Positions 9,228-17,621 of a DNA stretch of 32,000 nucleotides are shown here, in pieces. The notes below the pieces were generated by a model that was not told the DNA's origin, made no database searches, and saw only the letters and a list, made by a program, of their open reading frames with translations. The DNA is from Erysipelothrix inopinata (GTDB taxonomy: Bacteria > Bacillota_I > Bacilli_A > Erysipelotrichales > Erysipelotrichaceae), in the NCBI RefSeq assembly GCF_014396165.1, contig NZ_CP060715.1:1200001-1232000 (forward strand), read 5' to 3'. The first letter of the stretch is position 1; the number at the start of each line of letters is the position of its first letter. A program made the position numbers and the translations under genes.

Positions 9228-11015
9228 TTAAATTTTATCGTGAAGTGCGATCATTTCATCAATAAGATCCGCAAGGAATTGGATCGTATCGAGAAGTGGT
9301 TTATCTGTGCTTAGATCAATATCCATCATCTTAGCAAGTTCAAGTGGTGTTTTTGTACCACCAGCTTTGAGTACTTCTTTCCAGTCTTCAATCTTACTTG
9401 GGTCTTCTTTAACTTTTTGATATGACGCTGTAGAGATTGTAAGTCCTGCACTGTATGTATATGGATACAGCCCCATATAGTAGTGAGGTTGACGCATCCA
9501 TGTTAATCCAACATAGTCTTGGATTTCAACATCTTCACCCCAGAAATCAGTATAAACATCTTTCATGATCGTGTTGAGTACATTTGCTGAGAGTGGAAGA
9601 CCTTGATCAACACGGTTGTATACTTCTCTTTGGTAAGCAGCTTCTAAGAGGTGAGTTACAAAGTTATGGTAGTAAGTTCTACTAATCATGGATGCAATGA
9701 CCCAACGTCTGAAACGGTCATCGTTTGCTTTATTTAATAAATCATTCGCAACAATGAGTTCATTCATGGTTGATGGTGCTTCAATAAAGTATAGAGATGC
9801 ACGGGTATCAAAAATATTTTGATTTTGTCCAGCGAGATAGAAGTGGCCAGCATGACCAAGCTCATGAGCTAGTACAAAGACCTCTCGCATACGTTCTGTC
9901 CAACTGATGAGAACGTATGGATGAACGTTGTAAGGACTGCTACAGAATGCTCCTGTTGATTTCCCAACATTTTGAGGGAAGTCAATCCAACGATCATCAA
10001 ATGCAGTATTAATCATCTCTAAATAATCTTCTCCTAAGATTGATAAACCATCGAGAAGATATTCGCGTGATTTTTCGGGAGTGATGCTTGGTTCAAAATC
10101 AGGATCTACGGGTATCTTCAAATCACTAAAAGTCATGGTGTCGAGGTTGTGGACATCTTTTAAATGACGTGCATATCGACGCATGTGCGGTGCAAATTCT
10201 TTTGTGATTAAATCAATTTGGCGATCATACATATCACGACTTACTTTTTGATCAAAGAGTAAGTAATCAATGACTGAATCAAAGCCTTTTAGGGTTGCCA
10301 GTGTTTTTTCAGTTTGAACTTTAGTTTGGTAAATTGCCGCAAAGGTATGTTGGTAATTTCCGAGTTGTGTATAGAATGAATCATAAGCAGCACGTCGAAC
10401 CGCATGATTGGGTTCATATTCCCATTCGTTCTCAAAAGCAACAAAACTGTTTGCATACTCTTGTCCATCAACTTCAAAGTTATCAAATTTTAAGTCCGCA
10501 AGTTTTGATCGGTTGTAAGTATTGTAAGGAGCGTTTAGGACATTAGAGAGTTGACTGAGTGCATCTTCAACACTTTCGTCAAGATCATGAGGTATCTCAC
10601 GAATAAGGTCTTCGAGATAGAGCTTATTTTCGTTTGAAAGATTTTGTGCTTCTCTAAGAACACTTTCAGGATTCTTTTTAATTTCAACATTCAGGAAAGT
10701 AAGTTTATTTTGAGCCTCACCAATTTTAATTTGGAAGGTTCCCATGCGTTGCATTGTCGCTTCATCAGTTTGGTCACTTGAAACATTGAGGCTGTTGTAA
10801 GTTGCCAGTCTTGTAATCATTTCCAAAATCGTACGATACTCATCCAAAGCCTTATTAATTGCTTCAGGAGTCACAAGTGTTCCTTGATATTTCTTATTGA
10901 ATGAACTAATGGTATCAATACACTCGCTGAGTGCTTTCTCGTATTCAGTATTATTTTCATAGAGGGAACTGAGATCCCAAGTTAAAGCTTTATCAACTTC
11001 ATTTCTTAATTTCAT
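9228..11015 (-). CDS. pepF: Oligoendopeptidase F (M3B family)
   Basis: 595 aa. The zinc site HELGHAGH (HExxH) is in the expected C-terminal half; length and overall pattern are typical of PepF. Confidence 0.88.
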   Translation of the reverse strand: MKLRNEVDKALTWDLSSLYENNTEYEKALSECIDTISSFNKKYQGTLVTPEAINKALDEYRTILEMITRLATYNSLNVSSDQTDEATMQRMGTFQIKIGEAQNKLTFLNVEIKKNPESVLREAQNLSNENKLYLEDLIREIPHDLDESVEDALSQLSNVLNAPYNTYNRSKLADLKFDNFEVDGQEYANSFVAFENEWEYEPNHAVRRAAYDSFYTQLGNYQHTFAAIYQTKVQTEKTLATLKGFDSVIDYLLFDQKVSRDMYDRQIDLITKEFAPHMRRYARHLKDVHNLDTMTFSDLKIPVDPDFEPSITPEKSREYLLDGLSILGEDYLEMINTAFDDRWIDFPQNVGKSTGAFCSSPYNVHPYVLISWTERMREVFVLAHELGHAGHFYLAGQNQNIFDTRASLYFIEAPSTMNELIVANDLLNKANDDRFRRWVIASMISRTYYHNFVTHLLEAAYQREVYNRVDQGLPLSANVLNTIMKDVYTDFWGEDVEIQDYVGLTWMRQPHYYMGLYPYTYSAGLTISTASYQKVKEDPSKIEDWKEVLKAGGTKTPLELAKMMDIDLSTDKPLLDTIQFLADLIDEMIALHDKI

Positions 11016-11063
11016 AGTTATATTAACCTCCGCTTACATCAATTATACAGAAAATGAATGTAA

Positions 11064-11090
11064 AAACAATGAAAATAGATTTCATTGTTT
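11064..11090 (-). terminator. Possible AT-rich terminator hairpin overlapping the last codons of the P-type ATPase
   Basis: Arms 11064-11074 and 11080-11090 (aaacaatgaaa / tttcattgttt) are perfectly complementary. The stem is weak (AT-rich) and the U-tract is short. Confidence 0.35.
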
Positions 11091-13379
11091 CGAGATTCTA
11101 AGAATTAAGTTGTAAATAGCGGTATTAATAAATACTGCCAGACTGCAGAAACCAACAGTTAATGCTACTTCAAAATATGTTAGTGTGGTTAATTGGAGTA
11201 AGGGTCTCATAATCATAATTGAACCTACGAAACCAATACAGTTAAGGACGTATACAATTTTTCGATAGCGGTTCATCGGAGAGTAAATAAGGAAAATAAG
11301 ATACATGGACATCACGCCATTAATAAAGAATGAAATTGTTTGTGTATGAGCCAGTGATAGCCCTAGTGGACCTCTAAATATATTGAGAAGTACCCAGGTA
11401 ATAATGATTGCAAGTGCTGATGGCAAACTGTAACGAAGTACGTGTTGTGATATCTTAATTTCTGGTTTGCTGTAGTTCTTTTCAAAGAGTAAGAGCAGAG
11501 ATGGAAGTCCACTTGCAAAAATATTTGTTAATGTAACTTGAAGAGGAACAAATGGGAATGGAATGACCATTGCGATTGCCGCGAATGTGACAAAGAAAGT
11601 CATCAAAGTACGAAGATAAAACATTGAAGCAGAGCGCGTAATATTATGAATGACATTCCGTCCTTCTTTGAGAACATCAACTAATGTTGATAAACGACCG
11701 TCAGTAACGATGACTTGAGATACGTTTAACGCAGCATCACTTCCTTCACCCATCGCAATCGCACAGTTCGCAGTTTTAAGTGCAAGAACATCATTGATAC
11801 CATCGCCCGTCATTGCCACGTGATTGCCTTCACTTTGAAGCTGTTTCACGAACTCTAATTTTTGTGCGGGAGTAGCTCGACCAATCACACTATGATTTAA
11901 AATAGCATCATGAAGTGCTTCTTCAGTGTGAAGCGTTCGTGCATCGACGGTATTATTGGCATCGAGAACACCAACTTTCTCCGCGATTTTAGAAACTGTG
12001 ATTGGATTATCGCCAGATATAATTTTAACAGCTACACCATTATCTTGGAAAAAGGCAATCGCATCTTTTGCATCTTCACGAATTTGATCCTCAAGAATGA
12101 TGAATCCGAGTGGTTTCACTGGTTGAAGGGGTTCATTTTTTTCAATGGGTAATTCGCAACTTCCCAATAAAATGATACGAGATCCATTTTGAATTGCCTG
12201 GGTAATTTTTTCAGGTGTGTTTAAATCAGGAGCTAATACCTCGGGTGCCCCCATGATGATATTTAAGTTTGATTCAAAGTTTAATGCTGCCCATTTTCTT
12301 TCGGATGAGAAGGGAATCATTGAATGAATGGATTCCGCATGTCCTTTATTAAAGTGTTCTTTAAGTGCGTCTGCTGTGAAGTTGGAATCTATATTATTTT
12401 TCGCATACCGTTCGATTGCATCTTCAAAGGAGTCATCCAAGGCGAGTGTATCAATGACTGATAACTTTCCGTAGGTAATTGTCCCTGTCTTATCAAGACA
12501 AAGTGCATCGACTTGAGACAATGATTCAATGGCATAGAGTTCTTGAATAAGGGCACGTTTGTTTCCAAGTTTAATCATACTTGCAACTAAAGAAGTTGTG
12601 GTGAGGAGTACTAATCCTTGAGGAAGCATTCCGAGTAGCGCGGATGCAGTATTTACGACGATACTGTTTAAAGGTTGATGTCTTACAATAAGACCTTGAT
12701 AGATTAGAAGAGCACCCATGGGTAAAACAAATAAACTTGTAATTTTGGTAACGCGCTTGAATGTATACAAGAGTTTTGAAGTAACAGGGCGTTCGCTTAC
12801 GGCATGATGTGTAAGCTTCATGGCATAACTATCAATACCCACATGCTTCGCAATTGCATGACACTCACCACTAACAACGTAACTTCCAGAGAAGAGTTGG
12901 TCGTTTATATTCTTTTCAATGGCATCTACTTCACCGGTAAGCAAAGATTCGTTAACTTCGAGCGAGCCGCTTAAGATGGTTGCATCAACACTGATTTGAT
13001 TGCCTGCTTTTAAAATAAGAATGTCATCCAAAACAATCTCTTCATTTTTAATCAGTACTTCTTTCCCTTCGCGTAGAACCCAAGTTTTAGGACTTACTAT
13101 AATTTGGAGTTTCTCAATAAGCTTTCGAGCTCTCATTTCTTGAATGATGAAAACCAAGGTGTTAGAAATAATAACGCCCATAAACATAAGACTAGAAAAA
13201 GCACCCACATAAATTAGTGCGGCTGCGATAACCATATTATAGAGATTAAACGGGTTAAATGTATTTGTAATTATTATTTCCCAGTTAGATTTTAACTTGC
13301 GATTTATAACGGCATTGGTTTGTTTGTTTTTAATGCGTTGTTTAATTTCTTCTTGAGTTAAGCCAGTATGTACGTTCAT
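11082..13379 (-). CDS. Cation-translocating P-type ATPase (E1-E2, HAD-IC superfamily), substrate not assignable
   Basis: 765 aa. Motifs DKTGTIT, SGDN, GDGINDVLAL; TM bundles at the N- and C-termini. SD AAGGTGA upstream. Confidence 0.85.
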   Translation of the reverse strand: MNVHTGLTQEEIKQRIKNKQTNAVINRKLKSNWEIIITNTFNPFNLYNMVIAAALIYVGAFSSLMFMGVIISNTLVFIIQEMRARKLIEKLQIIVSPKTWVLREGKEVLIKNEEIVLDDILILKAGNQISVDATILSGSLEVNESLLTGEVDAIEKNINDQLFSGSYVVSGECHAIAKHVGIDSYAMKLTHHAVSERPVTSKLLYTFKRVTKITSLFVLPMGALLIYQGLIVRHQPLNSIVVNTASALLGMLPQGLVLLTTTSLVASMIKLGNKRALIQELYAIESLSQVDALCLDKTGTITYGKLSVIDTLALDDSFEDAIERYAKNNIDSNFTADALKEHFNKGHAESIHSMIPFSSERKWAALNFESNLNIIMGAPEVLAPDLNTPEKITQAIQNGSRIILLGSCELPIEKNEPLQPVKPLGFIILEDQIREDAKDAIAFFQDNGVAVKIISGDNPITVSKIAEKVGVLDANNTVDARTLHTEEALHDAILNHSVIGRATPAQKLEFVKQLQSEGNHVAMTGDGINDVLALKTANCAIAMGEGSDAALNVSQVIVTDGRLSTLVDVLKEGRNVIHNITRSASMFYLRTLMTFFVTFAAIAMVIPFPFVPLQVTLTNIFASGLPSLLLLFEKNYSKPEIKISQHVLRYSLPSALAIIITWVLLNIFRGPLGLSLAHTQTISFFINGVMSMYLIFLIYSPMNRYRKIVYVLNCIGFVGSIMIMRPLLQLTTLTYFEVALTVGFCSLAVFINTAIYNLILRISKQ

Positions 13380-13494
13380 TCTTAATCACCTTTAGTTGTC
13401 TTGTATTACTATCTTAGTACAAACAAACCTTGACTACAATAATTGTGGTATAACTTCCATAATTGCTATATGATGAGGTATAGAGGTGATAATT

Positions 13495-14559
13495 ATGAAA
13501 ATCGCAGTTATTGGTGGAGGAATTGTAGGCAGTACAACTGCTTTTTATTTAAGTCAAAATAAAGACTTTGATGTGACACTATTTGATGAAGGCGTTGGCC
13601 AAGCAACATCTGCTGCCGTAGGAATTATTTGTCCGTGGGTAAGTCAACGTAGAAATAAAGAATGGTATGATTTGGTACGAGAAGGTGCAGAGTTTTACCA
13701 ACCATTAATCTCTGATTTGGAAGACGACTCATTTTACTATAATAATGGTACCCTTATTTTTCATGATACGTTACTCGATAAACTGGAAAAGATTGCAATA
13801 AAACGATTACCAGATGCGCCAGCTATGAAATCAATTAAGAAACTCTCTGAATCTGAAGTTAAAGAGCTGCTCCCAGATGGTTTTACAGCAAAAGAAGCTT
13901 TATTTGTAGAAGGTGGATCTCAAATTGATGGAAAGCAACTTGTATGTCTTCTTAAAGATAAAGCATCACGAAATGGCATTCGACTTGAAGAAAAAAAGGT
14001 TGTGGTAACGTTTGAGAATGGACATTACATCATTGATGGTGAAGTGTTTGATGGCTGTGTCATGGCTACAGGAGCATGGATCAATCAGACTATGGATGGA
14101 CTCTTATTTGATGTAAGACCCCAGAAAGGGCAACTGATAGAAACTAAGATACCTATCACTCACAATAACTTTCCAGTACTTATGCCAAAAGGAGAAATCG
14201 ACATTCTGATCAATAAAGAAGGGAATGTTGTGGTTGGTGCCTCTCATGAAAATGATAAGGACTTTGATTTGAATCAAGATGAAGCGGTTATTGCGTCATT
14301 AATTCAAGGTGCTCACGAATGGATACCTGAATTGACACGAGATGATGTTGTATCGATCCGTGTTGGTACACGAGCTCACACGTCAAATTTCTCCCCGTTT
14401 TATGGTCCAGTGTCAAGTTATCCACATTTATACGTTGCTTCAGGCTTGGGATCAAGCGGATTAACGTCAGGTCCATATATTGGTTATATACTTGCGAAGG
14501 CGTTTGTTGAAGAGATTGAATCGTGGCCATTACATCCTGATCAATTTCGAATTCAATAA
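13495..14559 (+). CDS. FAD-dependent oxidoreductase (DAO / glycine-oxidase-like family)
   Basis: 354 aa from ATG 13495 (SD agaggtga; the track GTG at 13486 overlaps the SD). Rossmann motif MKIAVIGGGIVGSTTAFYL with acidic D at the end of the second strand (LFDEG). Confidence 0.8.
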   Translation: MKIAVIGGGIVGSTTAFYLSQNKDFDVTLFDEGVGQATSAAVGIICPWVSQRRNKEWYDLVREGAEFYQPLISDLEDDSFYYNNGTLIFHDTLLDKLEKIAIKRLPDAPAMKSIKKLSESEVKELLPDGFTAKEALFVEGGSQIDGKQLVCLLKDKASRNGIRLEEKKVVVTFENGHYIIDGEVFDGCVMATGAWINQTMDGLLFDVRPQKGQLIETKIPITHNNFPVLMPKGEIDILINKEGNVVVGASHENDKDFDLNQDEAVIASLIQGAHEWIPELTRDDVVSIRVGTRAHTSNFSPFYGPVSSYPHLYVASGLGSSGLTSGPYIGYILAKAFVEEIESWPLHPDQFRIQ

Positions 14560-14637
14560 AATTTAAATTATGGTGATAGTGAACCAATAAATAGCATGTT
14601 ATAATGAGGATAATCAAAAAATGAAAGAGGTGCGATC

Positions 14638-15363
14638 ATGATTAATATTCATCTGTGTGATGATGATGTTGAAGTAATTGAGAACTATCGATATTTAATT
14701 AAGAAATATGCAATGTCGCGTTCTCTCGATGTTCACCTACAAAGCTTTAGCCGTGGTGAAGATCTTATTTTTGATCTCGAGGGGAATGTGTCGACACCTG
14801 ATATTATTATCTTAGATATCTTTATGGATGCAATGAATGGTATTGAGACTGCTAAAAAAATAAGAAGTATGGGTTGTAATGCGCAAATCATCTTCTTAAC
14901 AACGTCTTCGGATTTTGTATTTGAGGCATTTGACGTCAGTTCATTTAATTATCTTGTTAAAGGGGATACCAGTGACGAGCGTTTTCGCGAGGTCCTCGGA
15001 AAAGCGATTACAACAGTAGAAAAGAAGATACCAGATTTCTTTAACTGTTCTTTTGGATCGGAGTCTCGAAAGATTCCGTTCAGAGATATTACTCACTTTG
15101 AAATTTACCGTCGTGTTATGCGTGTACATTTTAATCAAAATGAAACGTTTGATTTTTATGAAACGATGGATCATCTTTCAGAAACTCTTGTAGAAAAAGG
15201 ATTTGTACGGGTTCACCGCTCTTATTTAGTGAATCTAAAACACATTGCCTTATTTAAAAACCAGGCAATACGTCTTAGCAATGGTGAAGAATTGCCAATG
15301 GGTAAAGCTTACCAAGAGGATGTTAAGGAAGCCTTCAATCAATATGTAGCAGAAAATTGGTGA
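14638..15363 (+). CDS. LytTR/AlgR-family response regulator
   Basis: The receiver is intact: DDD at residues 8-10, ILDIFMD, LTTS, LVKG. C-terminal LytTR domain (VHRSYLVNLKHI). TGtTATAAT extended -10 at 14597-14605 and SD aagaggtg upstream. Confidence 0.85.
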   Translation: MINIHLCDDDVEVIENYRYLIKKYAMSRSLDVHLQSFSRGEDLIFDLEGNVSTPDIIILDIFMDAMNGIETAKKIRSMGCNAQIIFLTTSSDFVFEAFDVSSFNYLVKGDTSDERFREVLGKAITTVEKKIPDFFNCSFGSESRKIPFRDITHFEIYRRVMRVHFNQNETFDFYETMDHLSETLVEKGFVRVHRSYLVNLKHIALFKNQAIRLSNGEELPMGKAYQEDVKEAFNQYVAENW

Positions 15364-15367
15364 TACT

Positions 15368-16672
15368 ATGAAGTACTTGTTTATTTTTAATGTAATCAGT
15401 TCGACGCTGTTTCTTTATTACTATATATATAGTTCTATTGGAGTGATGGCAGAACTTGTGCCCTACAAACGCAATGCGCGATCTGCAATGATCCTTTCGG
15501 TTATTCTTAATTCGCTCATCTCTGCATGGGTGAGAATAAATAACATTGATTCATATGTCGCATATCTTCTTATTTTTCTAATTATGTTGCTGACATTTTA
15601 TCTTTGTTTAAAAACCGATTGGCAAGTTGTGTTCTTTGCTGCAACGCGATTTGTATTCTATCTCTTTACTGCGAGAGGTTTTGTAATATCTTTATATTCT
15701 TTGATTATGCACCAACCTATTCGTGATATAAAGGGATACAGTTTCGAATATTCAATTATTTATTTGCTTTCGATTATCCTTGCACTACTGATTCATGCTT
15801 ATTTGAAACGCAATGTTTTAATTAAAAGTCGTTTGCAGGTGCTCTTTCGAAATAAAGAACAAGTACTTTTCACGGCATCCATTAAATTTGTATTGGGATT
15901 ATACTTAATGATTCTTACTTATGGTAATCATTACGAAGGGAACGATGTCTGGTTTTCATTGATTCAATTGTTATCGTGTTTTATAGTAACAGGCATTGCA
16001 GCGTTTGTTTTAGAAAATTCAATTCGATCTGCTGAAATTGTTGAACATGAAAGACAAACAATCTCTCTTCAAAAACAAGTAGACATGCAAGTCAATCATT
16101 ACCATGCTTATCAAGAATTTACATCCCAATTTCAAGAATTCAAAAAGGAATATCTTGAAAACCTGTCAAAGGTTAATGAGTTATTGAGAAAAAATGACAC
16201 AGATTCTGTAATCAAGATTTTGGATACAATGGGGTCATCTTTAACACGACGTGTGGGAGCGCATCACCAGTATTCCAACAATCCTTTCTTAGATGCATTG
16301 TTCCAAGAATTCGCAAACCAATGTCGTAGAAATGATATCGAGTTTGAATGTCGTGTATATTGGGATAAAGAAATCAATATTAGTGAATTAGAACTGGTAC
16401 GTATTTTCTCAAATCTACTTCAAAATGCGTTTGAAGCAGTTGAGAAATTGAGTGATCATCGCAATATCAATATTAATACACAAGTACTGGATGAATGGAT
16501 TGTTGTTGTTATTGAAAATAACTTTGAATTAAAAGAAGAGACAAACAATCTTGCAAAAGGATTAGGCATGCAAGTCGTTTCAAAAACGATGGAAGATATT
16601 GGCGGCCTTTATACATGGTCAACTAAAGAAAATACTTTCCGAGTATACCTCAATTTTCCGAAAAATAACTAA
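15368..16672 (+). CDS. Membrane GHKL sensor kinase of the AgrC/ComD (HPK10) type, with an atypical H-box
   Basis: 434 aa with roughly 6 N-terminal TM helices. N-box NLLQNAFEA and G-box KGLGMQVV are present. The expected F-K-H-D-Y motif reads F-K-K-E-Y (codons 16139-16153). Starts 4 nt after the response regulator stop. Confidence 0.8.
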   Translation: MKYLFIFNVISSTLFLYYYIYSSIGVMAELVPYKRNARSAMILSVILNSLISAWVRINNIDSYVAYLLIFLIMLLTFYLCLKTDWQVVFFAATRFVFYLFTARGFVISLYSLIMHQPIRDIKGYSFEYSIIYLLSIILALLIHAYLKRNVLIKSRLQVLFRNKEQVLFTASIKFVLGLYLMILTYGNHYEGNDVWFSLIQLLSCFIVTGIAAFVLENSIRSAEIVEHERQTISLQKQVDMQVNHYHAYQEFTSQFQEFKKEYLENLSKVNELLRKNDTDSVIKILDTMGSSLTRRVGAHHQYSNNPFLDALFQEFANQCRRNDIEFECRVYWDKEINISELELVRIFSNLLQNAFEAVEKLSDHRNININTQVLDEWIVVVIENNFELKEETNNLAKGLGMQVVSKTMEDIGGLYTWSTKENTFRVYLNFPKNN

Positions 16673-16908
16673 GGGCGATGGCTTTCGATAAACCAACGTG
16701 ACCGCTCGTAATAGATATTACGACGTTCATTTTGAATCTGACATTCGTACATAATACCGCTTCCTCCCACTGGGGAGAAAGCTTTTTTTATGGCGTAAAT
16801 TTTCTTAATTGGATATTGATCGCCTTTAAAATGAATGACTAAAGGTGTGAGTTCACCATAGGCATCCATATAAACTGTCACATCGATATATTTTTTGTAC
16901 AAGTTCAT
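16669..16908 (-). CDS. Small cytoplasmic protein of unknown function (79 aa), divergent from the S24 repressor
   Basis: MNLYKKYIDVTVYMDAYGELTPLVIHFKGDQYPIKKIY...PVGGSGIMYECQIQNERRNIYYERSRWFIESHRP. ATG at 16908 follows SD GAGGTGAG; the longer track start at 16968 lies inside the promoter/operator. No TM segment or signal peptide. Confidence 0.55.
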   Translation of the reverse strand: MNLYKKYIDVTVYMDAYGELTPLVIHFKGDQYPIKKIYAIKKAFSPVGGSGIMYECQIQNERRNIYYERSRWFIESHRP

Positions 16909-16925
16909 AGTCTCACCTCGTAATC

Positions 16926-16969
16926 GAATTATACCAAATATGTTGCGTAATTCAACCGAATTATGCAAC
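16926..16969. promoter_or_regulatory. Candidate operator: 12-4-12 inverted repeat plus a third half-site
   Basis: GTTGCGTAATTC (16942-16953), aacc, GAATTATGCAAC (16958-16969); 11 of 12 positions are complementary. An extra direct half-site GAATTATACCAA (16926-16937) overlaps the -10 of the 79-aa gene promoter. Confidence 0.5.
16928..16955 (-). promoter_or_regulatory. Promoter of the 79-aa gene
   Basis: On the minus strand: TTGAAT (16955-16950), 16 nt, TGgTATAAT with the -10 hexamer at 16933-16928. Confidence 0.55.
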
Positions 16970-16982
16970 TTAACCTAAAATA

Positions 16983-17011
16983 ATGACATAAAGTATCAAA
17001 TAAAGTATAAT
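16983..17011 (+). promoter_or_regulatory. Promoter of the HTH-S24 repressor gene
   Basis: ATGACA (16983-16988), 17 nt, TATAAT (17006-17011). SD agaggtga precedes the ATG at 17031. Confidence 0.5.
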
Positions 17012-17030
17012 ATTTGCAAGAGGTGATTCT

Positions 17031-17621
17031 ATGAAACTTTCGGAGTTAATTCAAATATTTCGTTCGCGTCAGAACTTATCTTTAGAAGAAATTGGTGACT
17101 ATGTATCTGTAAGTAAATCTACGGTTTCACGATGGGAACGTGGTGAAATTAAAAATATATCCAGTGAAAAAAAAGAGAGACTATCGGCATTGTTTGGTAT
17201 TGATGTTCAAGATTATCTTGACCACTACTTTTTTAAACCAATATTAGGGGATGTTCGCGCTGGTTATGATTTGCTTGCTTATCAAGATATATCTGGATAT
17301 GAAGTTGTATCAAAACAAGAGTATGATAGTGGCGATTACTTTCTCAGAGTTCAGGGTGATTCAATGACAGGATCACGTATTAATGATGGTGACTTAATCT
17401 ACGTTCAAAAAAGTAGTGTCGTAAATTCAGGTGACATTGCTGTAGTAATGCTTGAAAATGATGAAGTGACAGTAAAAAAAGTGATCTATAAAGACCACTT
17501 GATGATATTAGAAGCGACAAATCCTGAATATGAAACGCGCTATTTCACTGAAGAAGAAATAATGAGTCTTCCCGTTCAAATACTTGGGAAGGTTTTGAAG
17601 GTTCGGGTAAACTTTAATTAA
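17031..17621 (+). CDS. XRE-family HTH + S24 peptidase repressor (LexA/CI/HdiR-like, self-cleaving type)
   Basis: N-terminal HTH_3 (LSLEEIGDYVSVSKSTVSRWERGE). Ala-Gly in GDVRAGYD, Ser in GDSM, and Lys in VTVKKV give the S24 cleavage site and Ser-Lys dyad. Confidence 0.85.
   Translation: MKLSELIQIFRSRQNLSLEEIGDYVSVSKSTVSRWERGEIKNISSEKKERLSALFGIDVQDYLDHYFFKPILGDVRAGYDLLAYQDISGYEVVSKQEYDSGDYFLRVQGDSMTGSRINDGDLIYVQKSSVVNSGDIAVVMLENDEVTVKKVIYKDHLMILEATNPEYETRYFTEEEIMSLPVQILGKVLKVRVNFN

Noticed and set aside
8055-14617. Other antisense or out-of-frame track ORFs inside nagA, pepF, the second ATPase and the oxidoreductase (e.g. 8055..8246, 8661..8903, 8810..9136, 10289..10486, 10334..10546, 11910..12152, 14288..14617)
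   Set aside because: These are shadow ORFs within well-supported genes. None has an SD or recognisable motifs.
16909-16968. Longer 99-aa version of the small minus-strand gene, starting at 16968
   Set aside because: The extension would begin inside the palindromic operator and promoter and has no SD. The ATG at 16908 has GAGGTGAG upstream.
16909-17030. Canonical Firmicutes LexA (Cheo) box upstream of the S24 repressor or the small gene
   Set aside because: No GAAC-N4-GTTC is present. The repeat found (GTTGCGTAATTC/GAATTATGCAAC) is a different sequence, consistent with an XRE-type HTH and not a LexA winged helix.
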